Position numbers and translations under genes: made by a program. Positions 17,688 through 31,131 of a stretch of DNA of 64,000 nucleotides are shown here, one piece after another; the first letter of the stretch is position 1; each line of letters opens with the position of its first letter. A model generated the notes under the pieces. It did no database searches. It saw only the letters and a program-made list of their open reading frames with translations, and was not told the origin of the DNA. Source of the stretch: Paraspadella gotoi (taxonomy: Eukaryota; Animalia; Chaetognatha); NCBI GenBank assembly GCA_051294375.1, contig CM119266.1:15661429-15725428 (forward strand). Direction: 5' to 3'.

Positions 17688-19929
17688 CCGATTTTAAGGT
17701 GAGATTGATGGACGCAAACGGCTTGTATCGTCAGCGATTGATGGTTTAGCGCCGATGGGAATCAGTTTTAGCTCTGGTATAACTTATGGCTTAATAGTTT
17801 GATTAATAAATGAAGCCCGTCGAGATTTACGATCTTTGTCTCATCAATTTAAAATTTAGTTTTAAAACACTTAAAACACGATTGTCGAGGATCTGGTTAA
17901 TGTAATTTTTCTGAGATTTTTCTTTCATGATCTGTTTAGAATTGGAATCTGGAAATACATGTAGTGAGAGACCATAAAATAAACGCATTTTATCAGTGCT
18001 CGAAAAAAGGAATGGCAATATTTTTTCCTTCCACGTTTTCTAGAAAGCATAATTATAGTAGAATGGCCTCATAACCTTTTAATTTTTTTTTGTATGAGTT
18101 GACCTTTTGTCACTTCCTTTCGAAGTTTTTGTTCGTTTTTTTTTCAGTCCACAAATTCCTCCAAAACTTCAGTAAATGGCAAACTCATTCTTACATATGA
18201 ATAATTACATAATTTTTTTGGAGCAAATTTTCATAACTAATTTTTTTTCAATTTTAGGCAACGGATTTTCACAAACTACGAATTCGCCTGAAAAAACACT
18301 TGAATATTAGACATCATTTTACATACATATAAAGAAACGGTAATAATTTTTTCTAACCGAAAATCGGAGATTTCTTTACCCACGCCGCGATGAATTTTCG
18401 GCGACAATTGATGGAAACCTTCTTCGACTTAATATTTCTTTCTAACTGGCGCCAATGGTGCCGACGACGAGTCCAAGACTCCTTTGAGCCGCCACGCCCA
18501 TAAAGCATGCTTTTCAAACTTCTTATTCTGTTTATTTCGGCATGACAGTAAAGTATTAACACTCAGCTACAAAGAAACACCGCAGTATATAACCCACAAT
18601 TATTTACCGAGCTTTGCCAAGTAACTAACAAGGTTTGGAGGACTTGAACAATTCCCAAAAAAGCTAACAAAAAACAAAAATTAATAAAAAAAAACTTACG
18701 TAAGTCTTAGGAAGTCTGGTTCAGTGACAAAGCAAAGACGAGTCTATTAACTCACGATCTAACGATAAAAGGATAAAAGGCGAAAGGCGCCATCACGAGG
18801 GTAAGAATAGAGGCACACTCTACATCGCACGAAGACCCATAACAAAAACTTAAGAGCTATTCGGACAGATAGAAAGTGAGAGAGAGAGTGAGACGGGGAG
18901 AGAGTGAGTCCTGGGAAAGGCGACGACAAAGAAGGGGTCGAGCGACTAACAGCGAATAAAACGATCGAGATTGAGAACGAGACATTAACTCCGACCCCCG
19001 ACGCTTCTCGTCTCTCCCTCTCTCCTCAAATCCGCATCCTCGACGAAGGCACGAGTCCTTCCGGTTTTTCCCTTCGTTTCTTCTCCGCGAGAGTTCACCA
19101 CTAGATTTTTAGCACGTCTCAGCCTCGTTCCTCATCGAACGAAAAAAAAGGAGCATCGACGGGGGGAAAATAGAATCGCGACTCCGACTGAGTTAAATTT
19201 AAATACGAAAAAAGGGCGATTTAAATGGCAACGCTGGAGACAGAAATATTATTTGCCGAAGAGCCCGTGTCAGAAGCAGAAAGCATAGAGTTGAAATTTT
19301 GAATTCGAAAAAAGATAGATGCGGAAATAAACGAATACAAAAAGAGAAAAAAATCGGAAGATTATTAAATAGAGATCTATAGAATATTTGATGGGCGTTC
19401 TTCCTTTTTAGCCGTCACACGTGACGAAGAATGAGAGGCGGTTTGTGTCACGGAATAATCGTCATTAATATCACGAAATTCCTTTTTTAAAAATCGAGAG
19501 ACAAATTAAAAAAAAAGAACAAACTGTGGCGCATGAGATACTAAAAACCTAAAAAACGGAGAAATTAATACAACTAATCGACAAGAAGGTTCAAATAGCA
19601 TTAGAATCACATTAACCTGGTTGACGATCATAAAAACTTACAACCATTAAAAGAAATCTACCTCCTCTTTTACCCCCAAAAAAAATTTAATGGAAAATTG
19701 AGGATTGGAAGCAGAAGAGAGTAATTCCAAAGAAGACCGTCGGAAAAAAAAAACCTTTTTCCATTGCTCTCCTAAAAGGGTCGGCCATTTTTACTTTTGT
19801 GAGTCGTAACCCAACTTCCCTCCCTCTCCTGATTTTTTTTTCTCGAAAGAATCGAGAGAGCGAGAGAGAGAGAGAGGAGGTGGGTCGAATCGTCTCCAAC
19901 TTGACCATAGATTTCAAAACACAGATACG

Positions 19930-20188
19930 ATGGTATTTTCTGTCGAGAAATTGAAGACCCGGTCTTCTATCAATCCGCCCACGCCGACGACAACGACAAC
20001 GCCCACGCGCAGAATTAAATTGGGCGGCAACGTCGGTGTCCGCCCGGCCGCCGCGTTGCTGGTTCTGGCGTCGGCGCTATCGGCGGCCCCGGCGGCCGAC
20101 GGTGAAAAGGGAAGCTCCTGGAAAATCGAATCTGATCGGGTGAATCAATTAATTTTAAAAAAATGTAATCATTTCAGGAAATACAAAA

Positions 20189-20260
<72 letters not shown>

Positions 20261-23200
20261 AAAGAAAGAAAGAAAAGAAATTTTAAAAAAATCATTCCCT
20301 TCCCAGCTTTTCACCCGATGCGAAACCCTTCCTTCTCCCCACGCGGCCGTAGTAGACTTGCCTCCGCCCCCCTCGGGGGTCACCATGTACAGAATCCGAG
20401 CGTATTCGCCCCAGCAGTACGCCCACTTGGTCAAGAACGAGTCTAACGAAATACATTTTCGGTTCGACGAACCCACGACCCCCAACGGCGAAATCCTTCG
20501 CTACGAGGTCACCGTCGACGACGTCACTCGACTGATCATCACGGAATTTACCAGAAGGTTGGTTGTTGTTGAACTGTTCTTTATTCAACTCTAAATTCTT
20601 TTTGACATTACTCTAGTTATCAATGGTCTTCCGATGTGTGAAGAGTTAAATCTTAAATTAATTTTGTGTATCCGCTGTTTTTGTTTGACATTTGTCGGTG
20701 CTAACTGATTTTTGCCTCGGTCGTCTCTGACTGAAAAATACTTCTTTACTAAACCCAAATATTTCTCAAAAGGTCAAACAATGCCTATTTGGTGCAATTA
20801 AAGCCGTGGACGCTCTACTACGTCCGCCTACGGGCGTGCAACGCGGGCGGATGCGGCGAGTCAAAAGTGGAGGCAATCCGGTCGGCGCCTCAAGTACCGG
20901 AGGGATTGCCGAGGCCCTTACTTCTAATGAGATCGGACGCCAGATCAGTTTTGTTCGGGGGGTTGCCGCGAGTGCTCAATAACGCCCTAACGAAAGTCCA
21001 ATTGAGGCGAGTGTGAGACATGATATGGTTACCGTTAAACCACTCAAGAGCATTTGGGGTCATGATTGTAAATTGAACAATGTGCGATTTGTGCATGTGA
21101 AGAGTAGTAATCTTGTAATTGATCATTGATCGTCGACTTACTTCTAGTTACTGGGACTTTTAGAAATAATTAAAAACTTGAAAAGAGAAAGGTTCTTTAA
21201 AATATTTTCCATCATAATTCGTAATCTTGATGTTTTTTGAACTATTTTTTTTCTTTTCGACCTTTTAAAACCTTAATCTCTGAGCTTCTTCAATTTTTAA
21301 ATTCTTCATTAAGGACTAGTAAAAAAATGAAAAAACAATGAATGGAAAAAGTAGGCAATTGAAAAATTGGCGTAAGAAAATAGAGATGAATGGGAAAATT
21401 ATAAAACAAAACAAAAAATACCAAGGTACCTCATAACCAAAAAAAATAAAAAAGCTGAATCTCTTCTGGGAAATTATGAGATTGTGGTTGCCCCAAAAGA
21501 CCCGCTGAGATGGGACATACTAAATAATATTGCCAGTAGTTTGACGCTAATCATTTTTTTCAGACTTTACAAAAGCTTCAGCGGCAACATATTTGGCCAA
21601 AACATGCACACGTTATCGTTTAACAACTTTGAAAAAGGGCACATCATACCAGAGCCTGCCCCGGATTATGGTCAAATGAAACGAGGAGAAAAAAGCATCT
21701 ACTACTTTCAAAGCCGGTTACTCAACAGCAAACCGGCGTGGTCCAATAAGTCCGAAATCATTTATCAGCGAGAAACTTGCTCAGGTGAATAATTGCGCTG
21801 TCGGCGTATCACTGCGTACCCTTTTCTCTTTTGTCACTCTGGGCGCTAACAAAGTTTGAAACCCCCCCCCCGTCCCTATCTCTCGCCCTTCCCAGACCCC
21901 GATGTGGGGTGTACCTCTGTGATCATCCCAAGGCAGACGCCGTCTAAGATTTCGCCGACGACAATTCTCCGCACGACGAAGACGACCATGGACGTGGAGT
22001 GGGGGAAGCCTAATGCGCCCAGAGGAACAGTCGTCAGTTACAATCTATACATCTTCTCCGTCGTCGATGGATTCGTCAAGAAGATTGTATTTCCGCCCGA
22101 TCAAACTTTCACGACCGTCGAGGGTGAGAAACGTCGTCGTCGTCGTCCTCGTTTGAACGTCGTTACATGTAGTTTAATGTCAGAGAATGAGAGGAAATCT
22201 TGAGATCCTCAATGGATTCCATTTAATGAGAAAAAGGCGGAACGAATTCTAAAATTTATTAAACTGAATTAATATTATACGGTTTTTTTTGGTTTTTTTT
22301 ATTTTTGGTTCAAAAATTCCTCAAAACTGTTTTATTTTGCTATGAAAAGAGAAATATTTCTTTATGAAAATAAAGTTAGGANNNNNNNNNNACTGTTTTA
22401 TTTTGCTGTGAAAAGAGAAATATTTCTTTATGAAAATAAAGTTAGGAATAAGAAAGAAATTAAAAGAAATAGCTTTGAAGATTGCGTTTATGTTTTATTA
22501 ATCAAATATATTCTCCATGAAAAAATGTTATAAAAAAGTTATTATTTCTTGATCTAAAATACAGTTCCGACCCTTGTCTACAGGATTGCGTCCTTTTACG
22601 ATGTACGACGTACGACTAGAAACTTGCGTTAAGTTAGATTCTCACTTGGCAAAAGAAAACACAGACATAGGTCTGCCCGAGACCATTTGCTGCATCGGGA
22701 TCGCCGATCAAAACTTGACTCTGAACCTCGGACTGGTGAGAAAGTAGAAAAAAAGAGTTGGGCAATGGGCAATTTGGCATTAAGGCGTAGTTGCAGATCA
22801 AAATTCGAATAGCGAGTACTGAGTAGTAACTATAACAATAGAGAAGAAGAAATAGTTTCATCGGTTTTAGGCGATCACGAAGGAGGACCTTCCGACTGGA
22901 CAGGACCCGCCTATAGCTATTGCGGCCGGTCCAAACAAAGTGCGCCTCTATTGGGGGCCACCGAAAGTAACAAACGGAAATCTCACTCACTACGAGTTGT
23001 ACAGGGATAATCATCTCATGTACCTCATCAACGATGCAATTAATTTAGAAAAGAAAAAGGTTTTCTTAGAGGTAAATTGGGAATACTAGAATCTAAATAC
23101 TGGAATACAAATTAAAATCGTTATTATCAAAATTAACTTACAGGACGACAAGAATCTGCAGCCTAACACTGAATATACTTATTTTTTGGCCGCGAAGAAC

Positions 23201-26200
23201 TTAGAGTCCTACAGAAAAGGTTCCGCGGGTGCGGTCAGTTTAACGGTCAGAGTAAAAACTTTGCCCGGACTGCCCCTCGGCGTTCAACGACCAAGCATTC
23301 TCGTATTGGGTGAGAATTCTAGATGTCACTATATCTACGGGTAATCCATGCGAAACCTTTTTTTTTTCACAGGAGCTCACAGCATCAGAGTAACATGGGG
23401 TGCCAATCCCAACGTCAGTGTGGTCAGGGGACAAGTTGTTGGATTCAGAGTTCAGCTGAGAAAGACACTGGAACCAGACATAAAGGCGGACGAAGCTGTT
23501 TGTCCAGAAATGGATAAACAAGTAGATTTTCTAGATTTGACGGCTTACACTGAATACGAAGCAAGAATTGCGTTGACGAACGAGGTAAGGAAGAGAGAGA
23601 GNNNNNNNNNNAGAGAGAGAGAGAGAGAGAGAGAATGAGACTGAATATTATTATTTTAAATCCAAGGCCGGACATTTTTGGAGTGACTGGGTCGGTGGCA
23701 AGACTCTCATGGCGCCGCCCGTTGGCCTAAAACCTCTTAACATCGACCCATTGGACAGCGGAACGGAAGCTTTGATCACCTGGGGTGAACCGGCAGACAA
23801 GAGAGGTAAATATATAAATCAACATACTCACAACTTAGCTGAAATTATGTAAGTGAGAATTTTTTTACCTACTATTTTTTTCTGTTTTTAACTATTTTCT
23901 TTCCTCCTCTTTTTACGATATGTTATTTTTTAGTCTCTACAAGATTTTGAAATTGTTTAATCAAATCTATTGATTAAGCCTATTGATAAAATTCAAAGTT
24001 TTCCTTTCCTCCTTATTCAGTCAACTACTACTTTCAACATTTTTTGAACTTTCAGGAAAGATCAGCAGTTACAAGATTCATTTCTCGGATACGGAAGTGC
24101 TTGCCTACCTGGGCCTGGCACGGGTGCATGCCATGCGCGGCCTCGAACCCGCCACAGACTATACCATCCGTCTCGTTGCTTGCACCTGCACCGCCTGCTG
24201 CTCACAGGGGAAAAATTTTACCTTCACTACTCGAGAGATTGCCCCAAGAGCGCAACCTGCACCGATCTTACTGGAGCCATCAAAGGCCAACAGCGTTTCG
24301 CTCATTTTTCGCCTCCCCATTATCCCCAATGGATTCGTCATCTTGGTGGAGCTGTGGCGAAGCGAGCGGTCGGATGGAGGGGAGCGGAGACGGCGCTCTG
24401 CAGCGACGGAAGCGGCGGCGCCGTCGACGTGTCTCTCCTCGACGCCGAGTTTGATCTATAAAACGACTGACATTAAAAATGAGTTCAATTGGGTGGATGA
24501 CACCGTGGGACCGGCTAAAGTCTACTCCTATCAGGTCAAATGGACCCAATGCGCCCTTTTTTTTACTACATATTTAATGTTAAATGAATGCAAGTATTTG
24601 AGAGGAAGTCAGTTAGAAACTTTAAATTTGTTTCCTCACTCGTCATTTAGGCAATAAAGATATTGGTTTATCATGATATAGTTTAAATTCTTAAATAGGT
24701 TAGTTTGAAAAACACCCCTTTTTAAATTAATCAAGTATTGTAAACAAAGTTGTTACGTTTACACCCCCCTTCCGCCCGCACAATACAACAAAAACCAGGT
24801 GAAAGCTTTTAACAGCGCTGCCTCAGTGTCCAGTCCCTGCCTCCTCGTCGTCACTCCCGACTCCACACCGCAACATCTCAACCCGCCGCAGGTGTCGGCC
24901 AAGTCCCCGACGTCTTTGTCGGTCAGCTGGAACGCGCCGGCGACGCCCAATGGGAGGATTCTATATTACCAGGTTTTTTTTCCCTTTTTCAAGGGTCTAT
25001 TGAGAATTTTAAAAAGTTAGAATCGTTTTTGTTTCATTTTCATTTGACAAACAATTATAACCCATTTAATCCAGGTGCAACGGAACAACAACGTGCCGCT
25101 CTACTTCGACGCCTCCGCCGCTCGTACATTTGTCGACGAAGAACTCGTCCCTTTCACCAATTACACCTACGTGGTGACGGTCTGTAATGCGGCCGGCTGC
25201 ATCGCCAGTGCGACCACCACGCTGTCCACGCCCATGGACGCTCCAAAGGGCGTCCGCTCGCCGCGCCTCGTCGCTGTCACAATGAATTCGGTTTCTGTCG
25301 GATGGGGTCCACCTCTGATTTCTAACGGGATCGTCGACGCGTACCGACTGCTTGTCGACGGAAAGGTAGAGTTAGGATAAAAATAATAAAAGCTACTTGA
25401 TCTATGTCAATTTGTTTTCACGATATTTCTTTCACTTAATTTCCTTAGGTTATGGGTTTTTAACTCAGTACATTTTCATATTTACTATATTTGATTATAT
25501 ATATCTTTGTTTTGAATTTTCTCATTCTGTGTAACTTTCATTCATTCATTCATTTATTCATTTATTTATTTTTTTCTTAATTCAATCATTCAAATATTCA
25601 TTCATTCATTTCCTTTGTATTTATTTATACAGTCTTTTTTCATTCATATGTTTTTAGAATCACTAATATGATATATATAATTAAATTGTTAAATAAAAAA
25701 CCATTCCAGGTGGAGATCGGCGGGATGATCTTCAGTCACACCGTCATCGACCTTCTTCCCTTTACCTCCTACGATTTTCGCGTCCGCATCTGCACGGACT
25801 CAGGCACGCGCTGCACCACGGGTCCTTCGCTCATAGTCCGCACGTCGGAGGCGGCGCCGCGGGATCTTTCGGCGCCGTTCCTCAACGTTATCAGCGCCGA
25901 GGCCATCGAGGTAACGTGGGCGTTCCCCAAAACCCCAAACGGTGTCATCCGCAAGTGCGAGGTTTTTCGGGACGTCGACGGGATTCCCGTCTACTCTGGT
26001 CTCGAGAAAAGCTACGTGGACAAAGGGCTGGACCCCGGCATTCGCTACTCTTATTGGATTCGATGCCACAACAGCGTCTATCCACCGGCGACCAGCGTCA
26101 TCTCTCGAACCACGACTCTCTCCTCTTCTCCCTTGGGTCAGAATCCCCCGGCGCTGGTCGCTCTTTCCAGCAGCGCCATCCGCGCCCACTGGACGCAGCC

Positions 26201-26677
26201 GTCGACCACCAACGGAGAGATCGTTGCCTACCGTTTGTACAAGAATGACTTGGAGGTTGTCTGCGAAGGACTCTTCTTCCATTGCGTCGTCGAGAATCTC
26301 CAATTCTACACCGAATATCGATTTCGGGTCGAGTCGTGTACGACCGTCGGATGTGTCAGGTCAATCAACGCCTACCGATCGACCGCCGAGGCCGAGCCAG
26401 AGGTGCTGGGGCCGCCCGAACTGTCGCCAATCCGTGCCGGCATCAAGATCCGCTGGCGGCCGCCGGAACGGCCTTATTCCAATCCGATCTCGCTCGTCTA
26501 TGAGGCGGAGAGGCGGGCCATCTTCGACGCAACGGTGGGACCCGACATTGTCGGCGAATCCAAGCGTATCTACAGGGGAATCATGACTTACTACGAGGAT
26601 CACGACCCGAGTCTTCAACCTTACTCCAGGTACAGAGTGTCTTCTTATTTATCATAATAGATCACATAGAAAATATA

Positions 26678-26732
<55 letters not shown>

Positions 26733-27910
26733 TCTCCCTTTCTCTCTCTCAGATACGAATACCGCGTTTCGGCGCAGAACTCCGCCGGTAAGGTCGTTTC
26801 CGACTGGCGTCAAGAGCGCACCTCTCAAGCGCCGCCCGAAACCATCGATTCTCCGGAAGTGATCGACGTCCGCGGGTCACGGGCCGTGGTGAGGATAACG
26901 TCGCCGACAAAACCGAACGGCGTCGTCATATCTTACGGCGTTTACCTCAATGGCACCCGGCGCCCCGTCTCGGCGGCCGGCGCCCTACAGGTTCTCGAAG
27001 GACTTACTCCTTACACTCTCTACTCGGTGGTTGCGGAGGCGTGCACGAAGGGCGGTTGCACCAAGAGCGTTTCGACGAGCCTCTTCACCAACCCCTTGCT
27101 TCCATCCGGCCTCGATCCACCCACTATCATGGACGTTCGTTCGACGTCGGCCGTCGTCTCCTGGGATTTTCCGGCTGAGCGAAACGGCGACGTCTCGAGA
27201 TTCGAGCTTTGGTCCAGGCTCGGCTGCCCACCGGCGCCGCAGCCTGTCCCTGAGGCCTGCCCGACTGACAATCCGCGACGACTGGTTTTCGCCGGCAAAG
27301 AGTTGACACGAACGTTGACGAAATTGAATCCCTATGTCAGTTATGAAGTCGTCCTTCGCGCCTTCAATGACGAAGGCTTTGTGGAGACGGCTTGGGTCGA
27401 CTTTCGGACGAAACCCTCCGCACCGGAAACGATCTCGGCGCCTAAAGTGGGCGTGGGCGCCGAATCGCGCTTCGTCGACGTTGATTGGTCCGGCGTCTTT
27501 CGACTCAACGATCGACTTCAACGCTACGAGGTCAGCGTCGACGGGAAGAGGGTGTTCGAAGGCCTCGACCATCGATTAGTTTACGACTTTGGCGACGACG
27601 ACGACCAAGACGACGATAACTACGACAACATCGTCGAGATCGTCGTCGCCGTAAAAACGGCGTCCGCAACTTCGTTCGTTAAAGCCGCGCCAGTTCTGTA
27701 CGATCGAAGTCGTTTAGCGACTGTGGCGACGCGTCCTCCGCCGACATCGGCGCCGGTGAAAATGTTCTACGAGGAGACGTGGTTCGTCGCCTGCGCTATC
27801 GCTATGGCCGTCTTCGCCGCTGCCGACGCCGTTTGCCTTTTGTTTTACTTCAGATTTCGCGACTCGCCGCGGACGAAAACGAAATCAAAGGTAGGATGAT
27901 AATAATGATG

Positions 27911-27997
<87 letters not shown>

Positions 27998-28054
27998 GGA
28001 AAGCACATATATTTGTTAAATCCCATATATAGCCTTTGACCATATTATATTTCA

Positions 28055-28093
<39 letters not shown>

Positions 28094-28532
28094 TATAATT
28101 CAAATAAATTAAATACAAGTATTTTACACAAAACATTAAAGAATAAAAAATTAAACTAACATCTTCTTCCTCCCTCAGTTGACGCTCGGCACCAAAAAGA
28201 ATAGAACAAAGGCGCCCATCGCATCATCGTCGACGCCCCTTCCGGCCATCGCCTACCCGGCGAGACCGGCGCCGGAACCTCGCGTCTTTCCTGCAGAGAA
28301 GGAACAGGTCCGACGCTTCGTCCGCGATCGGCGCCGGCGAGAGGGGGACAAAGACGACGCGATGACAACGACAGCGACGACGACTTCGTCGTCCCGACGC
28401 CATGAGGTTTTAGGGAGGCGTGGCCGGCCCATTATCGTCGTTGAGAGAGAGGATCCTCGGGAGTTCGACGCCAGGAGGTTGAATCGCGTCGCTATGGAAA
28501 CGCGAAAGATGGAGACGGTGACGCACATTTGA
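19930..28532 (+). CDS. USH2A: Usherin-like protein A (FN3 array, TM, C-terminal PDZ-binding motif), ~1760 aa, 16 exons
   Basis: Exons 19930-20101, 20356-20557, 20773-21006 (GC donor), 21564-21784, 21896-22123, 22584-22735, 22871-23071, 23144-23309, 23373-23584, 23667-23805, 24056-24534, 24799-24972, 25075-25365, 25710-26629, 26753-27890, 28179-28532 total 5283 nt in frame. Usherin-type FN3 repeats (ACNAGGC/ACTKGGC, W..P..PNG.I..Y), CPPAPQPVPEAC loop, FYEETWF before the TM, and terminal VTHI (human USH2A ends DTHL). Confidence 0.85.
22382..22391. other. Assembly gap (10 N) flanked by a ~56-bp duplicated overlap; second gap at 23602-23611
   Basis: N runs; actgttttattttgct(a/g)tgaaaagagaaatatttctttatgaaaataaagttagga occurs on both sides of the first gap. 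Confidence 0.95.
27900..27996. repeat. (AAT)n microsatellite in the last intron of usherin-like A
   Basis: Directly visible; a second run lies at 28056-28093. Confidence 0.95.
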
Positions 28533-29193
28533 TTTCCGTCTTTGCTAGTTTTTCGCGTAAAATAAAAACCAAAATAAACAATGCAACGAAATATACTTTA
28601 ACTTTTATTATCTATTTATTTGTAAATCAATCCGGAACGTCCGTAAATTTTATTTTACATTTTGCTTATGTTTGTCTTCAGTTTCGTGTCTTGCACTTTT
28701 TCGCTTTAAATGGATTTTACCACGTTTTCTAAATTTTTTACAACAGAAAATTTAAATAAAAAACTAAAATTATTACTAATGTCGATTATCGGTTTTCGAC
28801 GAAACTAAAAAAACAAAAAGTCTAATGCTAATCGAGCCGAGTCCTCTCAGTCTTCTTGATCATCATCTTCGTCATCATCATCATCGACATTAGCGAACTC
28901 TCTCGGGAGACGTTTTCGAGTCTTTGCCGCTAAAAACGCAATTTCTTCCTCCATAGATTTCGCGAGAAAAAAAAAATACTTTCGCTAAAATTTGACCTCT
29001 GTTCGTCTTTACAACCTCTTGACTTTTCTTATCCTTCTTAAACTTTCTATCTTCTTCAGTTCGTTTCCACCCTTAGTTTTAACTCATTTTTCCGAATTAC
29101 CGACGTTTCCCTCCATTTTCTTCTCTCCTCCCTGCTATGTCGTCATCTCCCCATTTCTCTTCTTTTCTCATCTCCCCTAAAATTGTGCACAAG

Positions 29194-29481
29194 ATGATTG
29201 TGTTTTCTCTTCGTCATCGTTATAGTCATCGTTGTCGTCGACTCCCCGCCATTTTGTTCATCTTGGCTCGAATCTCCTTTGCCGGTTCGACGTCCGATAG
29301 CGTCATCGTCCGGCCGCTCGCGCCGGAAACGACGTCCGGCGACCCTTCCGTCATATCGAACATGGAAGAGACGTCGTCGAGATGGAAACTCGAATCGTCG
29401 ACGAAGGTTAAAATTAATTGAATACTGCATGGACGTCTAGACCTTTTAAATCTAATCTCTTTTTAAATCTAATCTTTTTAA

Positions 29482-29516
<35 letters not shown>

Positions 29517-31098
29517 CTCCGGTCCCCTAACTTATCATTTGATATTATCTTTCAAAATCAATACCAAACTCTTTTCCAGTGCATTGACATCGCTTCCCCC
29601 AAACTCTTCCCCCTCCCATTTCCACCACCTCCGCCAACCATCACTGAGACGCGCGCCTTCAGCGCCACCGACGGCGAAAGCGGAAGCAACGAAATTCACG
29701 TGAGCTTCGATTCGCCAGAAGCTGGAGGCGTCGACCGATTTGAAGTTCACCTCGACGAAGCGTTTGCGATGAACGTTGATTACACAGAATCCGGGTGAGA
29801 AAATTTTGTTTACAATGAATTAAAGCGTCTATTCTGCATTTGATCCCCACCCCCCAAAATCCACAGAACCCACCGCGCAGTCCTCGCCCACCTAACCCCC
29901 AACACTTTCTACTACGTCCTCGTTCGCGCTTGCAACGCCGGTGGTTGCGGCACCTTCGATATTGCCACGAAGCGTTCGGCACCGGAAGTGTCGCGCGGGC
30001 TGCGAGCGCCGGTCGTATTCATTGGTGGAGGCGGATATCCTGTGGTGATGATGTTCCAACCGCTGAAGATATATCAAAGATTAAAAGATGTGGTCTTAAG
30101 GTACCATGGATATAATTTTTCATTACTCTCCCACTCTCTTCCTTTAATTAATTGCAGTATATTCTAATTTCCTTAAACAAAAAAAAAAAAAGAATAAGAG
30201 CAACAGTACGTAAAAGAACTATTCCCTCTTCTTTCTCCGCAGTCTCTTCAAAGCCACGTCCACCCACCCACGAGGGCGCCACCTGCGCGATGTCTTCTTT
30301 TCAAGTTTTCTCGTCGACGACGCCGGATTTCGTCCGCCATCTGTTGTCGACGATTCGCCGTCGGGCAAAGCCGTCTATTTTGTCAAATCGCGTTTTCCCG
30401 AGGAGATTGGCGCTCCGGAGGCGTGGTCTAATGACAGCGTTGTTGATTTTACCTTGTCGGATGACTGTAGCCGTAAGTTTCAGGAGGATAAATTGATAAC
30501 GTTCTTCGAAGTAATTCACTTTTAATTTCTAATTCTATTATTTTTTTTATTATTATTATTATTTATTGATTTATTGATTTATTTATCGTTTTATTTTTAG
30601 TGCTCTTAGTCTTGCTCAATGCTTTTTTACCGTTTAAAGCGTCAAATTGTTCGTTCTTCTATTTCAGAAAAAAAAATATGATTATAACGTCTATTTTGCT
30701 GCCATCCTTTTAGACGCGTCACGTGGCTGCGCCTCTTTCTTGTTGCCTCCTTCGACGCCCCGTTCGGTAGCGGCGCCCAGAGTTTTTGGCGCCACCGCCG
30801 ACGCTTTCAACGTCAATTGGAATTCGCCGGATGAACCTCACGGCGTGGTCGTCTCATTCGGCGTCTTAGTCTTTTCCGTCGCGAGAGGAAAAGAGAAAGA
30901 GGTGGAGTTTCGCCCAGATCAATTCTCATCCACCATCAAAGGTTAATTGATGGATTTGATTAATTTGATTGTTTCGATCGATTTGATTTAAATGATTAAA
31001 TTTGTTTATTAATTGACGGATTAATGGCTTTGATTTTGATTTCGTAGATAAATTTAATCGATTAATTAACTCATTGGTCGACTGATAAATTTATTTTG

Positions 31099-31131
<33 letters not shown>

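Noticed and set aside
16600-19150. Short ORFs between the GH19 gene and usherin-like A as possible upstream usherin exons
   Set aside because: No laminin, LamG or FN3 motifs and no consistent splicing path.
22326-22447. 56-bp tandem duplication
   Set aside because: It straddles an N gap with one base difference, so it is probably an unmerged contig overlap.
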